A DNA stretch of 64,000 nucleotides from assembly GCA_902795265.1 (NCBI GenBank), contig CADBKM010000001.1:28456-92455 (forward strand). Reading direction: 5' to 3'. This stretch comes from an uncultured Eubacteriales bacterium (lineage in GTDB: Bacteria > Bacillota > Clostridia > Peptostreptococcales > Anaerovoracaceae). Both the position numbers and the translations under genes were made by a program. Each line of letters opens with the position of its first letter. Position 1 is the stretch's first letter. A model generated the notes under the pieces. It saw only the letters and a program-made list of their open reading frames with translations. It searched no databases and was not told the DNA's origin. Below are positions 1 to 9,769 of this stretch, one piece after another.

Positions 1-699
1 GGACACGCTTCAGCGCCTGAAAAAAACACTCCTCTTGTGAGGCTCGGCAAGTTCATGGCTTATGTGGACAGCCATCAGGTGTTTGATGTAGACATGCCGC
101 CGGCAGTAGCGGAGATGCTTAAGGTGATAGCGCCGTATATGGGCGCGGCCGGAAAGATAACAGGCAAGGCAGATAGATACAAAAAGGTGCTGGGAAAGCT
201 CATGCCGCTGCTCGGGCCAACACCGGTAGCAATGGTATCGACAACTATCGCTTTTACCATGACCGGAGGAGGAGAGGCTGTCAACGTGATTCCGGGCGAG
301 GCCTGGGTGATCGGTGACATGAGATGCTCCCATCACCAGGGTCAGGCGGGATCGATCGCAGCAATAACAAAGGTTGCCGAAAAGTTCGGCCTTGAAACCG
401 AAGTGATCCAGCAGGAGCCTGAATCGAGGCTGGCTGACTTCAATGGTGAGGCATTCAGACTTGCAAGTGAGGCAGTCATGGAAACTATACCGGGAGTAGA
501 TGCCTGCGCGCCATACATCATGACCGGCGGATCGGATTCAAGATTCTTCGATATCGTCTGTGATCAGTGCATAAGATTCCTGCCGTTCACCATCGATGCG
601 GAGCAGCTCGAATCCATTCACGGCGTGGATGAGTATCTGCGTGTTGATACTCTTGCGCCGGCCGTTGACTACTACAAGTACATGTACAGCCATATCTGA
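1..699 (+). CDS. M20-family metallopeptidase, C-terminal part (5' end lies outside the window)
   Basis: Frame 1 is open from base 1 to the stop at 697-699. C-terminal M20-like motifs are present (MTGGSDSRFF, SIHGVDEYLRVD). Confidence 0.7.
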   Translation, partial: GHASAPEKNTPLVRLGKFMAYVDSHQVFDVDMPPAVAEMLKVIAPYMGAAGKITGKADRYKKVLGKLMPLLGPTPVAMVSTTIAFTMTGGGEAVNVIPGEAWVIGDMRCSHHQGQAGSIAAITKVAEKFGLETEVIQQEPESRLADFNGEAFRLASEAVMETIPGVDACAPYIMTGGSDSRFFDIVCDQCIRFLPFTIDAEQLESIHGVDEYLRVDTLAPAVDYYKYMYSHI

Positions 700-717
700 A
701 GGGAGAGGGATTTGCAC

Positions 718-2136
718 ATGGAAGGTAAGGGAGATAGAGATAACAGAGACGGTCTCAATATCGGTGTCAGGTCATTTTTGATAGCCATCGGGATAATCTT
801 TATCCTCATGGTCGCGACTTATGTGCTGACTCTTGTTGTGCCGGGCGGCGAATATGCAAGAATACCGGACGCTTCAGGCAATATGGTAATAGACACGGAG
901 ACGGGATTTCACTACACAGAGGGAGGCATCCCTCTGTGGAAATGGATACTGTCTCCGATTCTCGTGCTTGGAGCTGAGGGCTCAGGCATGATAATTGCCA
1001 TTATTATTTTTCTGCTGGTCATAGGAGGTGTTTTCAATTCACTTACTGTATGCGGCATGATGAACTATATGCTCGGCAAGATAGTCGACAGGTTTGGATC
1101 TGTCAAATACAGGCTGATGACTGTGCTGGTGTTCTTCTTCATGGCTCTGGGCTCGCTGGTGGGCTCGTTTGAAGAGGTGATTCCTATGGCGCCGATCGTG
1201 GTTGCGCTGTCGGTGGCTCTTGGATGGGATGCGGTCACGGGAGTTGCGATCTCACTTCTGGCAACGGGCTGCGGCTTCGCTGCCGGCATAGCAAATCCTT
1301 TTACGATAGGCATTGCGCAGAGTCTGGCGGGACTTCCGATGTTCAGCGGCATGTGGCTGAGGGCACTATCGTTTGTGCTCATCTATGCGCTTCTTCTGTG
1401 GTTCATAAGGACACATGCCAAAAAGATAGAGAGACCGGCTGACTCTTCAGGCTCAGGAATTGAGTATAAACAGGATGCCCGTATGGACAAGGGGCTCCGG
1501 GTCTTTGTCATAATCATCGGCATAGGTATTCTGACAGTTCTGAGCTCAGGATTCATAAAAGCGCTTCAGGATTACACGATGATCATCGTTGCGCTCATGT
1601 TCCTTACCGCCGGAATTGCAGCGGTTCTCATATCCGGTACAGGGCTGAAGGAACTCGGGAGGACATTCCTGAACGGAATGATAACCATAGCTCCCTCAAT
1701 ACTCATGATACTCATGGCTTCGTCCATCAAATACACGATGACAGAAGCAAAGATACTGGATACACTCCTCTTCAGGGCAGAGCAGATGGCTGGAGGAATG
1801 TCAAAGGCAGGTGTTGTGCTCTTTATATATGCGATCTGCCTTGTGATGAACTTCTTTATTGCATCCGCTTCCGCTAAGGTGTTCCTGCTTATCCCGATAA
1901 TTGCGCCGCTTGCACAGATATTCGGGATAAACATGCAGCTTGCGATAGTTGCCTTCGCTTATGGAGACGGATTCAGCAATGTTTTTTACCCTACGAACCC
2001 AGGCTTGCTTATTACGCTGGGACTTTCGGACGTAAGTTATGGTGAATGGTTCCGGTATTCGTGGAAATTCCAGACGCTGAATCTTTTGCTTACATCGGCG
2101 ATCCTAATGTTTGGGCTCGCTGTCGGATACCAATAA
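718..2136 (+). CDS. YfcC/DcuC-like anaerobic carrier family membrane protein
   Basis: About 470 aa and highly hydrophobic with more than 10 predicted TM segments. ATG at 718 follows GGGAGAGGG; the track start at 712 is a TTG. Overall resemblance to YfcC-type transporters, which are often paired with M20 peptidases. Confidence 0.65.
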   Translation: MEGKGDRDNRDGLNIGVRSFLIAIGIIFILMVATYVLTLVVPGGEYARIPDASGNMVIDTETGFHYTEGGIPLWKWILSPILVLGAEGSGMIIAIIIFLLVIGGVFNSLTVCGMMNYMLGKIVDRFGSVKYRLMTVLVFFFMALGSLVGSFEEVIPMAPIVVALSVALGWDAVTGVAISLLATGCGFAAGIANPFTIGIAQSLAGLPMFSGMWLRALSFVLIYALLLWFIRTHAKKIERPADSSGSGIEYKQDARMDKGLRVFVIIIGIGILTVLSSGFIKALQDYTMIIVALMFLTAGIAAVLISGTGLKELGRTFLNGMITIAPSILMILMASSIKYTMTEAKILDTLLFRAEQMAGGMSKAGVVLFIYAICLVMNFFIASASAKVFLLIPIIAPLAQIFGINMQLAIVAFAYGDGFSNVFYPTNPGLLITLGLSDVSYGEWFRYSWKFQTLNLLLTSAILMFGLAVGYQ

Positions 2137-2148
2137 AACACAGGGATT

Positions 2149-4572
2149 ATGAACAGATACGAAAAAGAAAACATAGAAAGGCTCAGGCCTTACCTTGCGG
2201 AATGCACAGTGCTGCTCAAAAAGAACGGGAAATTTCCGCTTGACGGACCATGCAGGATAGCTGCATTCGGAAGCGGAGTAAGATTTACCGTCAAAGGCGG
2301 CACGGGTTCAGGCGAGGTCAATTCAAGGTATTTTATCAACGTAGAGCAGGGGCTCAAAGACGCCGGCTTTACGCTGGTAAATCCTCACTGGTCGGATATG
2401 TATGCAGGCTTCAACGAAAGGGAGCGCATCAGATTCACCAAGAGCATCAAAGACAAAGCCCGCAGGGAAAAGATGAACCCGATCGCGGCTTCGATGGGCG
2501 CTGTGATGAGGGCGCCTGAATACATAATACCTCTCAACTTTTCAGCTGAAGCGGCAATTTATGTAGTATCGAGGATATCAGGCGAAGGCAATGACAGACT
2601 GAACGAAAAGGGTGACTTCAAGCTGACAGACAGCGAGGTCCGGGATATTCTGGCGCTGAATGCGCGCTATGAGAAATTCATGCTTGTCATAAACGCCGGC
2701 GGCCCTGTAGATCTGAGCCCGGTAATGGAGACCGGCAACATTCTGGTGCTTTCGCAGCTCGGAGTCGAGACCGGAGCAGCACTTGCCGATATCCTTCTCG
2801 GAAAAGCTTATCCGTCGGGCAAACTTGCCACGACATGGGCTGCTTCAGAAGATCACTGTAATGCCGGCGATTTCGGGGAAAGAGACGATACCAGATACAG
2901 AGAAGGCATTTATGTCGGATACAGATTCTTCGACACATTCGGCCTCGACACACTGTTTCCGTTCGGCTTTGGCCTTGGATACACCGACTTTTCAGTCGCA
3001 AAGGCAACTGTAAAGGTAAGCGGACCTAATATAGAAGTATCAGCAAGGATAAAAAACAAAGGCGCGTTCAAAGGCAAGGAGACACTGCAGGTGTATGTAT
3101 CGTGCCCTCAGGGCAGGCTTGACAGGGAGGCGAAGAGCCTCGCCGGTTTTGCCAAGAGCGGTGAACTCGAACCGGGAAAGAGCCAGACGGTCAGGGTGAG
3201 CTTTGACATAAGAGACCTGGCAGGCTTCGATACAAAGAAGGCTGCATATGTTCTCGAAAAAGGGGAGTACATTGTACTTGCAGGCACTGACAGCGCGGGC
3301 GCTGAGCCTGCAGCCGTGCTCACTCTCAAAGAAGATTTCACGGTGCTTCAGGCAGAGTGTCTCTTTGACGGGGCGGACTTCTGCGATCTCAGAGGGATCG
3401 CTCGTGACAGCTATGAGGCAGACAGGCTCCCGGTCTATGAGCTCGACCTTTCAGGCTGCGTTACGGCAGAGCTGAGAGATCCGGACAGCGCAGAAATGGA
3501 AGCTCTCGCACCTGAAGACCTGAGCGCTGAAGAACTCGCGTATTTTAATGTCGGCGACTTCAGCGATAAAAAAATGCTGCTCGCTTCTGTCGTAGGCGAC
3601 TCAGCGCAGAGCGTTGCCGGCGCGGCCGGTGAATCGAGCAGGCGCTTCAGAGACAGGGGGATCGACAGCATAATAATGTCAGACGGCCCTGCCGGAATAC
3701 GCATTTCAAAGCATTACTACGAAGATGAAAAAGGCAAGCACCCGATAGGGCTGCCCCTGCCTGAAACCATGCTCGACATGCTGCCGGGACTTCTGAGAAA
3801 GATAGCCGAAAGGAAGCCTAAGGCGAAAGCCGGAAGAGTTTTCAAGGAGCAGTACTGCACTGCAATTCCTATCGCTACGGCTATCGCACAGAGCTGGAAT
3901 ACGGGTTTTGCCGAGCTGTGCGGTGACATAGTCGGAAGTGAGATGGATATTTTCGGTATCGATCTGTGGCTGGCGCCGGCGCTCAATATACACAGAAACG
4001 TTCTGTGCGGCAGAAACTTCGAGTACTTCTCAGAAGACCCTGTCGTAAGCGGAAAGTTCGCTGCGGCGCTGACAAAAGGCGTGCAGAAGCACCCGGGCAG
4101 AGGTGTTACCATCAAGCACTATGCGGCCAACAATCAGGAGACTAACCGCTATGCCAACAACAGCATGATAAGTGAACGCGCGCTGCGCGAGATCTATCTG
4201 AAAGGCTTCGGCATATGCATAAGAGAAGCGGATCCTATGGCTGTCATGACTTCGTATAATCTCCTCAACGGAGAGCATACGTCCGAAAGCAGGGCACTTA
4301 CTGATGTGCTCCTGAAGGAATTCGGATTTGACGGTCTTATAATGACTGACTGGGTGATAGGCGGAGACCTGCTCCTCGCCAGAGGCTCAAAGTATGGTAC
4401 TCCTGATGCCGCGAAGGTGGCAGCTGCGGGATGCAGCCTGTTCATGCCGGGCGGCAAAGGTGATTACGAGCATATCTTAAGAGGATTAAAAAACGGCACC
4501 GTCACTGAGCGTCAGCTCCGTGAAAATGCCGGGCGTATAATGCATGCTTTAAAAAGACTGGGCAAGAACTAG
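2149..4572 (+). CDS. Glycoside hydrolase family 3 beta-glucosidase-like enzyme with permuted domain order
   Basis: GH3 catalytic-barrel motifs (SDGPAGIR, KHYAANNQE, nucleophile motif MTDW) lie in the C-terminal half. The GH3 alpha/beta-sandwich (LSQLGVETGAALADILLGKAYPSGKL) and an FnIII-like segment lie in the N-terminal half. Confidence 0.8.
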   Translation: MNRYEKENIERLRPYLAECTVLLKKNGKFPLDGPCRIAAFGSGVRFTVKGGTGSGEVNSRYFINVEQGLKDAGFTLVNPHWSDMYAGFNERERIRFTKSIKDKARREKMNPIAASMGAVMRAPEYIIPLNFSAEAAIYVVSRISGEGNDRLNEKGDFKLTDSEVRDILALNARYEKFMLVINAGGPVDLSPVMETGNILVLSQLGVETGAALADILLGKAYPSGKLATTWAASEDHCNAGDFGERDDTRYREGIYVGYRFFDTFGLDTLFPFGFGLGYTDFSVAKATVKVSGPNIEVSARIKNKGAFKGKETLQVYVSCPQGRLDREAKSLAGFAKSGELEPGKSQTVRVSFDIRDLAGFDTKKAAYVLEKGEYIVLAGTDSAGAEPAAVLTLKEDFTVLQAECLFDGADFCDLRGIARDSYEADRLPVYELDLSGCVTAELRDPDSAEMEALAPEDLSAEELAYFNVGDFSDKKMLLASVVGDSAQSVAGAAGESSRRFRDRGIDSIIMSDGPAGIRISKHYYEDEKGKHPIGLPLPETMLDMLPGLLRKIAERKPKAKAGRVFKEQYCTAIPIATAIAQSWNTGFAELCGDIVGSEMDIFGIDLWLAPALNIHRNVLCGRNFEYFSEDPVVSGKFAAALTKGVQKHPGRGVTIKHYAANNQETNRYANNSMISERALREIYLKGFGICIREADPMAVMTSYNLLNGEHTSESRALTDVLLKEFGFDGLIMTDWVIGGDLLLARGSKYGTPDAAKVAAAGCSLFMPGGKGDYEHILRGLKNGTVTERQLRENAGRIMHALKRLGKN

Positions 4573-4874
4573 ATGAACAGTTCAAGGATCAGAACTGTCA
4601 CACAGCCCAGTACCGCGACTGTAAACAGGCCCTGACCGAACCACGCGGCGGCTATGCATACCAGAAGCGCTGCTGCTCCCGCCAAAGGCGACTGTGTTGC
4701 CTCCACTATGGCAGGGAAGGTCATGACCGCAAGAGTCACATAAGGCACATAATAAAGAAATGATTGGAAGAACCGGTTTCTGACCGGTTTTTTCATTATG
4801 AGCGATGCAGCTACGCGCATCAGCCATGTGGCAAATGCCATTACGAATATGTACAGGTAAACGTTAATCTGCAT
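4569..4874 (-). CDS. azlD: AzlD-type branched-chain amino acid transport protein (small subunit)
   Basis: About 100 aa hydrophobic protein immediately downstream of azlC and overlapping it. ATG at 4874 is preceded by GGAGGTG; the longer track ORF (to 4928) would overlap azlC by 65 nt. Confidence 0.7.
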   Translation of the reverse strand: MQINVYLYIFVMAFATWLMRVAASLIMKKPVRNRFFQSFLYYVPYVTLAVMTFPAIVEATQSPLAGAAALLVCIAAAWFGQGLFTVAVLGCVTVLILELFI

Positions 4875-5601
4875 CAGCTGCACCTCCTTCGATTTCGGCT
4901 TCAGCCTTGCGAGGGAAAAGCACCGCAAAGGCAGCTGAAATGATAACAGTCAGCAGGATCGTACGGTTGCCCTGCGAAAGATCTGCTATCAGGGGCAGCC
5001 TTACTGACGCGTAAGAGAGGGCAAAGCTGACAGCGACGGCTCCGAGAACGGCCCTGTCTTTGCGTGCAGGCGGGATTATAACTGCGATGAACATGCCGAA
5101 GAGAGCTACGCTGAGCGCGCTGACTATGCGTGCAGGCAGAATGTTTCCCATCGATATTCCGAGAGCTGTGCCGAGAGCCCAGAGAGGGACTGCGGCAATG
5201 AGCGCCCCGAAGGTGTAAAACGGAGTAGGTACGCCGGGTCTGGCGATAGTGATGCCGAATATCTCATCCGTTATGCAAGAGCCTACGAGCAGACGGGTGC
5301 GGAGCGGTGTGCCTTCAGGCATCCTCTGATTGAGCGCGAAGCCCATGAGTATGTAACGGGCATTGATGATGAACGTAAGAAGCACTAGCTCCGCCAGTGT
5401 CGTATTGGTTGCATAAAGCGCGAAACCCATGTACTGGCCCGCGGAAGCGTATGTTATGAGGCTGGCCAGAAAGCCCTGGGCAGCGTTGAAACCGTAGTCA
5501 CGGGCAGCTATTCCCAAAGAAAAAGCCACGGCAAAATATCCGAGTCCGATCGGGATGCCGTGTCTGTAGCCCTGCATAAAAATATCGCGATTAGTTTCCA
5601 T
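4864..5601 (-). CDS. azlC: AzlC-family branched-chain amino acid permease subunit
   Basis: 245 aa multi-TM protein with AzlC-like N-terminus (GIPIGLGYFAVAFSLGI) followed by azlD. Confidence 0.75.
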   Translation of the reverse strand: METNRDIFMQGYRHGIPIGLGYFAVAFSLGIAARDYGFNAAQGFLASLITYASAGQYMGFALYATNTTLAELVLLTFIINARYILMGFALNQRMPEGTPLRTRLLVGSCITDEIFGITIARPGVPTPFYTFGALIAAVPLWALGTALGISMGNILPARIVSALSVALFGMFIAVIIPPARKDRAVLGAVAVSFALSYASVRLPLIADLSQGNRTILLTVIISAAFAVLFPRKAEAEIEGGAADAD

Positions 5602-5749
5602 TCTCTATGTCCGTCTCCTTTAGTCTGCAGAATCAACTTTAACACTTTGCTCCCTGCCTGTCGATAATATTTTGTTCGTATGCTACAATAACTATGTATG
5701 AGCAGAGCATAAAAACTCTGCGGGACTATAAGAAAGGGATCACATTTAT

Positions 5750-6994
5750 ATGAAGAGCAACAAAAGATGGTTATATCTTGGAACGGGAACGCTGACTCTG
5801 CTGTTTCTGGGATTGATTTATGCATGGTCGATATTCAGGACTCCGATAGGCGAGATGTTTCCTGACTGGAGCATTTCCCAGCTGTCACTTACATTTACTA
5901 TTTCGATGATATTCTTCTGCCTCGGCGGATTTGCCGGAGGCGTACTCAGCAAAAAGCTGAGCATAAGGGCCAGAATGATCATTTCAGCAGTGATGCTGCT
6001 TGTGGGATTTTTTGCAGTTTCGCTCATGAAAGCGGAATCCCCGGGATCGAGCCTCACACTGCTTTACATATTCTACGGTGTCTTCGGAGGCGGCGGAGTA
6101 GGCTTCGCTTATAACGGAGTAATAGGTACTCTCAACAAATGGTTCCCTGACAAGGTCGGACTTGCCTCTGGAATCATGCTGATGGGCTTCGGACTCGGCG
6201 GACTGGTTCTCGGATCCGTCGTCAATTCGATGATAGGATCGATGGGCGTTCTTCCGGTATTCAGGATCCTCGGCATCGTTATCTGCGTTGTATGCGTTCT
6301 GGCCGCGATCATCATCAAAGTGCCTGATGCAAACGAAACGATGGAGCTCGCTTCACTCGCTGCTCCTTCGGCAAAGGCAGCGGATGCTTCCGCAAAAGCT
6401 GATGTAAAGAACTACACGGCAGGAGAGATGCTCAGGACTTCAAGGTTCTGGTTCTTCACTATCTGGGCCATACTGCTCAACTCGGCCGGACTTCTGGTCA
6501 TCAACAGCGCTGCCAATATCTCAGTAGCGTTCGGAGGAACTGCCGTGCTCGGCATGATAGTCTCGCTCTTCAACGGAGCAGGCCGTATCGTTGCGGGCAA
6601 CAACTTCGATAAATTCGGAAGATTTACATCGACTCTCGTAAACAACGCGTTCATGCTCATCGCCGGCGTACTGCTGGCAGTCGGCGGCATGACAGGCGCT
6701 TATATATTCATACTCTGCGGACTGGTATTCGTAGGACTTGCATATGGAGGCTGCCCGACAATCACATCGGCATACATCAACAAGGCTTTCGGACCTGCAA
6801 ACTTCCCGACGAACTTCAGTATCGCGAACTTCAGCCTTATTCCGGCAGCAACTATCGGACCTATGATCTCATCGGCGCTACTCGAGGCGGCAGGCGGAAG
6901 CTACGATACGAACTTTTACGCAATAATAGGTTTTTCAGCTGCTGCGGCGGTGTTCTGGGTGCTGCTTAACAAGGCAAGCGGCGGAGAAAGATAG
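5750..6994 (+). CDS. MFS transporter (oxalate/formate antiporter-like subfamily)
   Basis: 414 aa with a 12-TM-like hydrophobicity pattern and a central hydrophilic loop. Resembles OFA / L-lactate-type MFS proteins. Confidence 0.7.
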   Translation: MKSNKRWLYLGTGTLTLLFLGLIYAWSIFRTPIGEMFPDWSISQLSLTFTISMIFFCLGGFAGGVLSKKLSIRARMIISAVMLLVGFFAVSLMKAESPGSSLTLLYIFYGVFGGGGVGFAYNGVIGTLNKWFPDKVGLASGIMLMGFGLGGLVLGSVVNSMIGSMGVLPVFRILGIVICVVCVLAAIIIKVPDANETMELASLAAPSAKAADASAKADVKNYTAGEMLRTSRFWFFTIWAILLNSAGLLVINSAANISVAFGGTAVLGMIVSLFNGAGRIVAGNNFDKFGRFTSTLVNNAFMLIAGVLLAVGGMTGAYIFILCGLVFVGLAYGGCPTITSAYINKAFGPANFPTNFSIANFSLIPAATIGPMISSALLEAAGGSYDTNFYAIIGFSAAAAVFWVLLNKASGGER

Positions 6995-7006
6995 TAGAGG
7001 TGTGTT

Positions 7007-8386
7007 ATGGACTATGATGTAATTATTATCGGCGCGGGCCCTGGCGGAATATTCGCCGCTTACGAACTTACTAAAGAAGATAAGGGCCTTAAGGTAGGAG
7101 TATTTGAAGCCGGCAAAAAACTCGAAGAGAGAAAATGCCCTATAGACGGCGACAAGATAAAGTCGTGCATCAACTGTGCGAGCTGCTCCATCATGAGCGG
7201 ATTCGGCGGAGCTGGCGCGTTCTCTGACGGAAAGTACAATATCACGAACGACTTCGGCGGAACTCTCCACGAATACATCGGCAAGGATGAAGCCATCCGC
7301 CTGATGAAATATGTCGACGATATCAACATGTCGCACGGCGGCGAAGGCACGAAGCTGTACTCAACTGCCAACACATCCATCAAGAAGCTCTGCATGCAGA
7401 ACAAACTGCTGCTCCTGGATGCTTCCGTAAGGCATCTCGGGACAGACAAGAATTATGTGGTACTGGGCAATCTTTACGATGAACTGAAAGACAAAGTCGA
7501 CTTCAGGTTCAGAACACCTGTGGAGCACATCGAGGTCATCGACGGCGGCTACAAAGTCGTGACAGCGGATTCGGGCTTCACATGCTCAAAGTGCGTCGTA
7601 TCAGTCGGAAGGAGCGGAAGCAAATGGATCGAGACCGTCTGCAAAGAACTCGACATACCGACCGAATCCAACAGAGTCGACCTCGGCGTCAGAGTAGAGC
7701 TTCCGGCAGAGCTGTTCTCGCATCTGACAGATGAGCTCTATGAAAGCAAGATCGTCTACAGAACAGAGAAGTTTGAAGACAAGGTCAGGACCTTCTGCAT
7801 GAACCCTCGCGGAAGTGTCGTAAATGAGAATACAAACGGTATCGTGACCGTCAACGGCCACAGCTTCGAGGACCCTGAAAAGCAGACCGACAAGACCAAC
7901 TTTGCTCTGCTCGTATCGAAGCATTTTTCAGAGCCGTTCAAAGACAGCAACGGATACGGCGAGAGTATAGCCAGACTTTCGAACATGCTCGGCGGAGGAG
8001 TCATCGTACAGAGATTCGGCGACCTCATCCGTGGCAGAAGAACAAACTATAAAAGGCTTTCAGACAGTTTTGTAACACCTACGCTCAAGGCCGAACCGGG
8101 TGATCTCAGCCTCGTTCTGCCTAAGAGAATACTCGACGGCATCATCGAGATGATCTACGCGCTCGACAAGATCGCTCCGGGAACGGCTAACGACGACACG
8201 CTGTTATACGGAGTCGAGGTCAAGTTCTACAACATGCAGGTGAAGCTCGACGAGCATCTTGAGACCAAATACAAAGGCCTCTATATGATAGGAGACGGCA
8301 GCGGTGTTACACATTCACTGTCACACGCATCGGCAAGCGGTGTGTTCGTGGCCAGAGATATCATGAGATCTGCGGAGGGTCTCTAA
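7007..8386 (+). CDS. FAD-dependent protein (uncharacterised NAD(FAD)-utilising dehydrogenase family)
   Basis: N-terminal dinucleotide-binding fold DVIIIGAGPGGIFAA. C-terminal GDGSG motif typical of COG2509-like FAD proteins. Confidence 0.6.
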   Translation: MDYDVIIIGAGPGGIFAAYELTKEDKGLKVGVFEAGKKLEERKCPIDGDKIKSCINCASCSIMSGFGGAGAFSDGKYNITNDFGGTLHEYIGKDEAIRLMKYVDDINMSHGGEGTKLYSTANTSIKKLCMQNKLLLLDASVRHLGTDKNYVVLGNLYDELKDKVDFRFRTPVEHIEVIDGGYKVVTADSGFTCSKCVVSVGRSGSKWIETVCKELDIPTESNRVDLGVRVELPAELFSHLTDELYESKIVYRTEKFEDKVRTFCMNPRGSVVNENTNGIVTVNGHSFEDPEKQTDKTNFALLVSKHFSEPFKDSNGYGESIARLSNMLGGGVIVQRFGDLIRGRRTNYKRLSDSFVTPTLKAEPGDLSLVLPKRILDGIIEMIYALDKIAPGTANDDTLLYGVEVKFYNMQVKLDEHLETKYKGLYMIGDGSGVTHSLSHASASGVFVARDIMRSAEGL

Positions 8387-8408
8387 ATAAGAAAGGAGCA
8401 TTGCATCC

Positions 8409-9641
8409 ATGAAAAACGTAAAGTGCCTTAAATGTATCAAGTGCGGAAGAGAGTATGAAGCTCTTCCGGACGCAACCACCTGCGAGTGCGGCGGTATTCT
8501 CGATGTGGTCTACGATTACGACTACATCAGAGAGAACTTCAGCCCCGAAGATATTTCGGCCAGCGACAACTACACCATGTGGCGTTACCGCCCGTTCCTT
8601 CCTGTAGAGGAAGATACAAAGCAGCCGCCGCTGAGAGTAGGCTGGTCACCACTGTATGAGGAACCTCATGTTGCGGAGAAGCTCGGCATCAGAAAGTTCT
8701 GGCTCAAAGATGACGGTCTCAACCCGACTGCTTCACTGAAGGACAGAGCAAGCTCGATGGGAGTAGCCAAGGCTATCGAGGCCGGCTACGATACTATAGC
8801 ATGCTCGTCGACAGGCAACGCTGCGAGCTCGCTTGCAGGAAATGCCGCTGCGGCAGGCCTCAAAACTTACATATTCGTACCGGAAAGAGCACCTATCGGC
8901 AAGGTAGCCCAGCTGCTCATATTCGGAGCCACTGTCATCTCCGTAAAGGGCAATTATGAAGAGACCTTCGAGCTTTCGAAAGCGGCAATAGATGAGTACG
9001 GCTGGTACAACAGAAATGCGGCTATCAACCCGTATCTGATGGAAGGCAAAAAGACTGTCGCTCTCGAAATAGCAGAGCAGCTCGGATGGGAAGTTCCTGA
9101 CTATGTTGCACTGTCGACAGGCGACGGCTGCACCATCGCGGGAGTATGGAAGGGATTCAAAGATCTCTACAGCGCAGGCTTTACAAAGAAACTGCCTAAG
9201 CTGATTTCAGTCCAGTCGGTCAACACATGCCCGATCAACATCGCCGCACGTACCGGCAAGCCATGGGAACCGATGGAAGAGAACACTATCGCTGATTCAA
9301 TCTCCGTTGGAGTACCGCGTAACCCTGATAAGGCGATCAACGCGATCGTAGAGTCAGGCGGGATCCCTGTAGAGGTAACAGACGATGAGATCCTCGAGGC
9401 CATGAGAGTGACCGGAAGGGAATGCGGAGTGTTCGGAGAGCCTGCCGGCGTTACCGGAATGGCCGGACTTTCGAAGCTGTGCAGAGAAGGAAAGATACCT
9501 GCTGACGCAAGTGTTGCCGTAATAGTTTCCGGAAACGGACTTAAGGATACTGCAAACGGAATCAAGGCAGCAGGAGAGCCTATCAGACTCGAACCGGATA
9601 TCGCTAAATTCCGCGAAGTCTACGAAGCTCTTAACAAGTAA
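8409..9641 (+). CDS. Threonine-synthase-like fold-type-II PLP enzyme with N-terminal zinc ribbon
   Basis: CxxC...CxC ribbon (CLKCIKCG...CECGG). PLP-lysine motif NPTASLKDR and the STGNAASS loop. RBS AAGGAG upstream. Confidence 0.65.
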   Translation: MKNVKCLKCIKCGREYEALPDATTCECGGILDVVYDYDYIRENFSPEDISASDNYTMWRYRPFLPVEEDTKQPPLRVGWSPLYEEPHVAEKLGIRKFWLKDDGLNPTASLKDRASSMGVAKAIEAGYDTIACSSTGNAASSLAGNAAAAGLKTYIFVPERAPIGKVAQLLIFGATVISVKGNYEETFELSKAAIDEYGWYNRNAAINPYLMEGKKTVALEIAEQLGWEVPDYVALSTGDGCTIAGVWKGFKDLYSAGFTKKLPKLISVQSVNTCPINIAARTGKPWEPMEENTIADSISVGVPRNPDKAINAIVESGGIPVEVTDDEILEAMRVTGRECGVFGEPAGVTGMAGLSKLCREGKIPADASVAVIVSGNGLKDTANGIKAAGEPIRLEPDIAKFREVYEALNK

Positions 9642-9769
9642 AAATAATACACCCTAAAACAATGTTAGCCTTGACACATAAAAGTTTTTTTGGCATCATA
9701 AAAATATACTAGATATAACCAAAACATAGTTTAAATATACATATATCTATATAACCACGGAGGTATGAG

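Noticed and set aside
9671-9710. Possible promoter (TTGACA at 9671-9676) ahead of the 490-aa PLP gene.
   Set aside because: The -35 hexamer is perfect, but no acceptable -10 lies at 16-18 nt (CATCAT at 17 nt; TATACT only at 28 nt). It is too uncertain to list as a feature.
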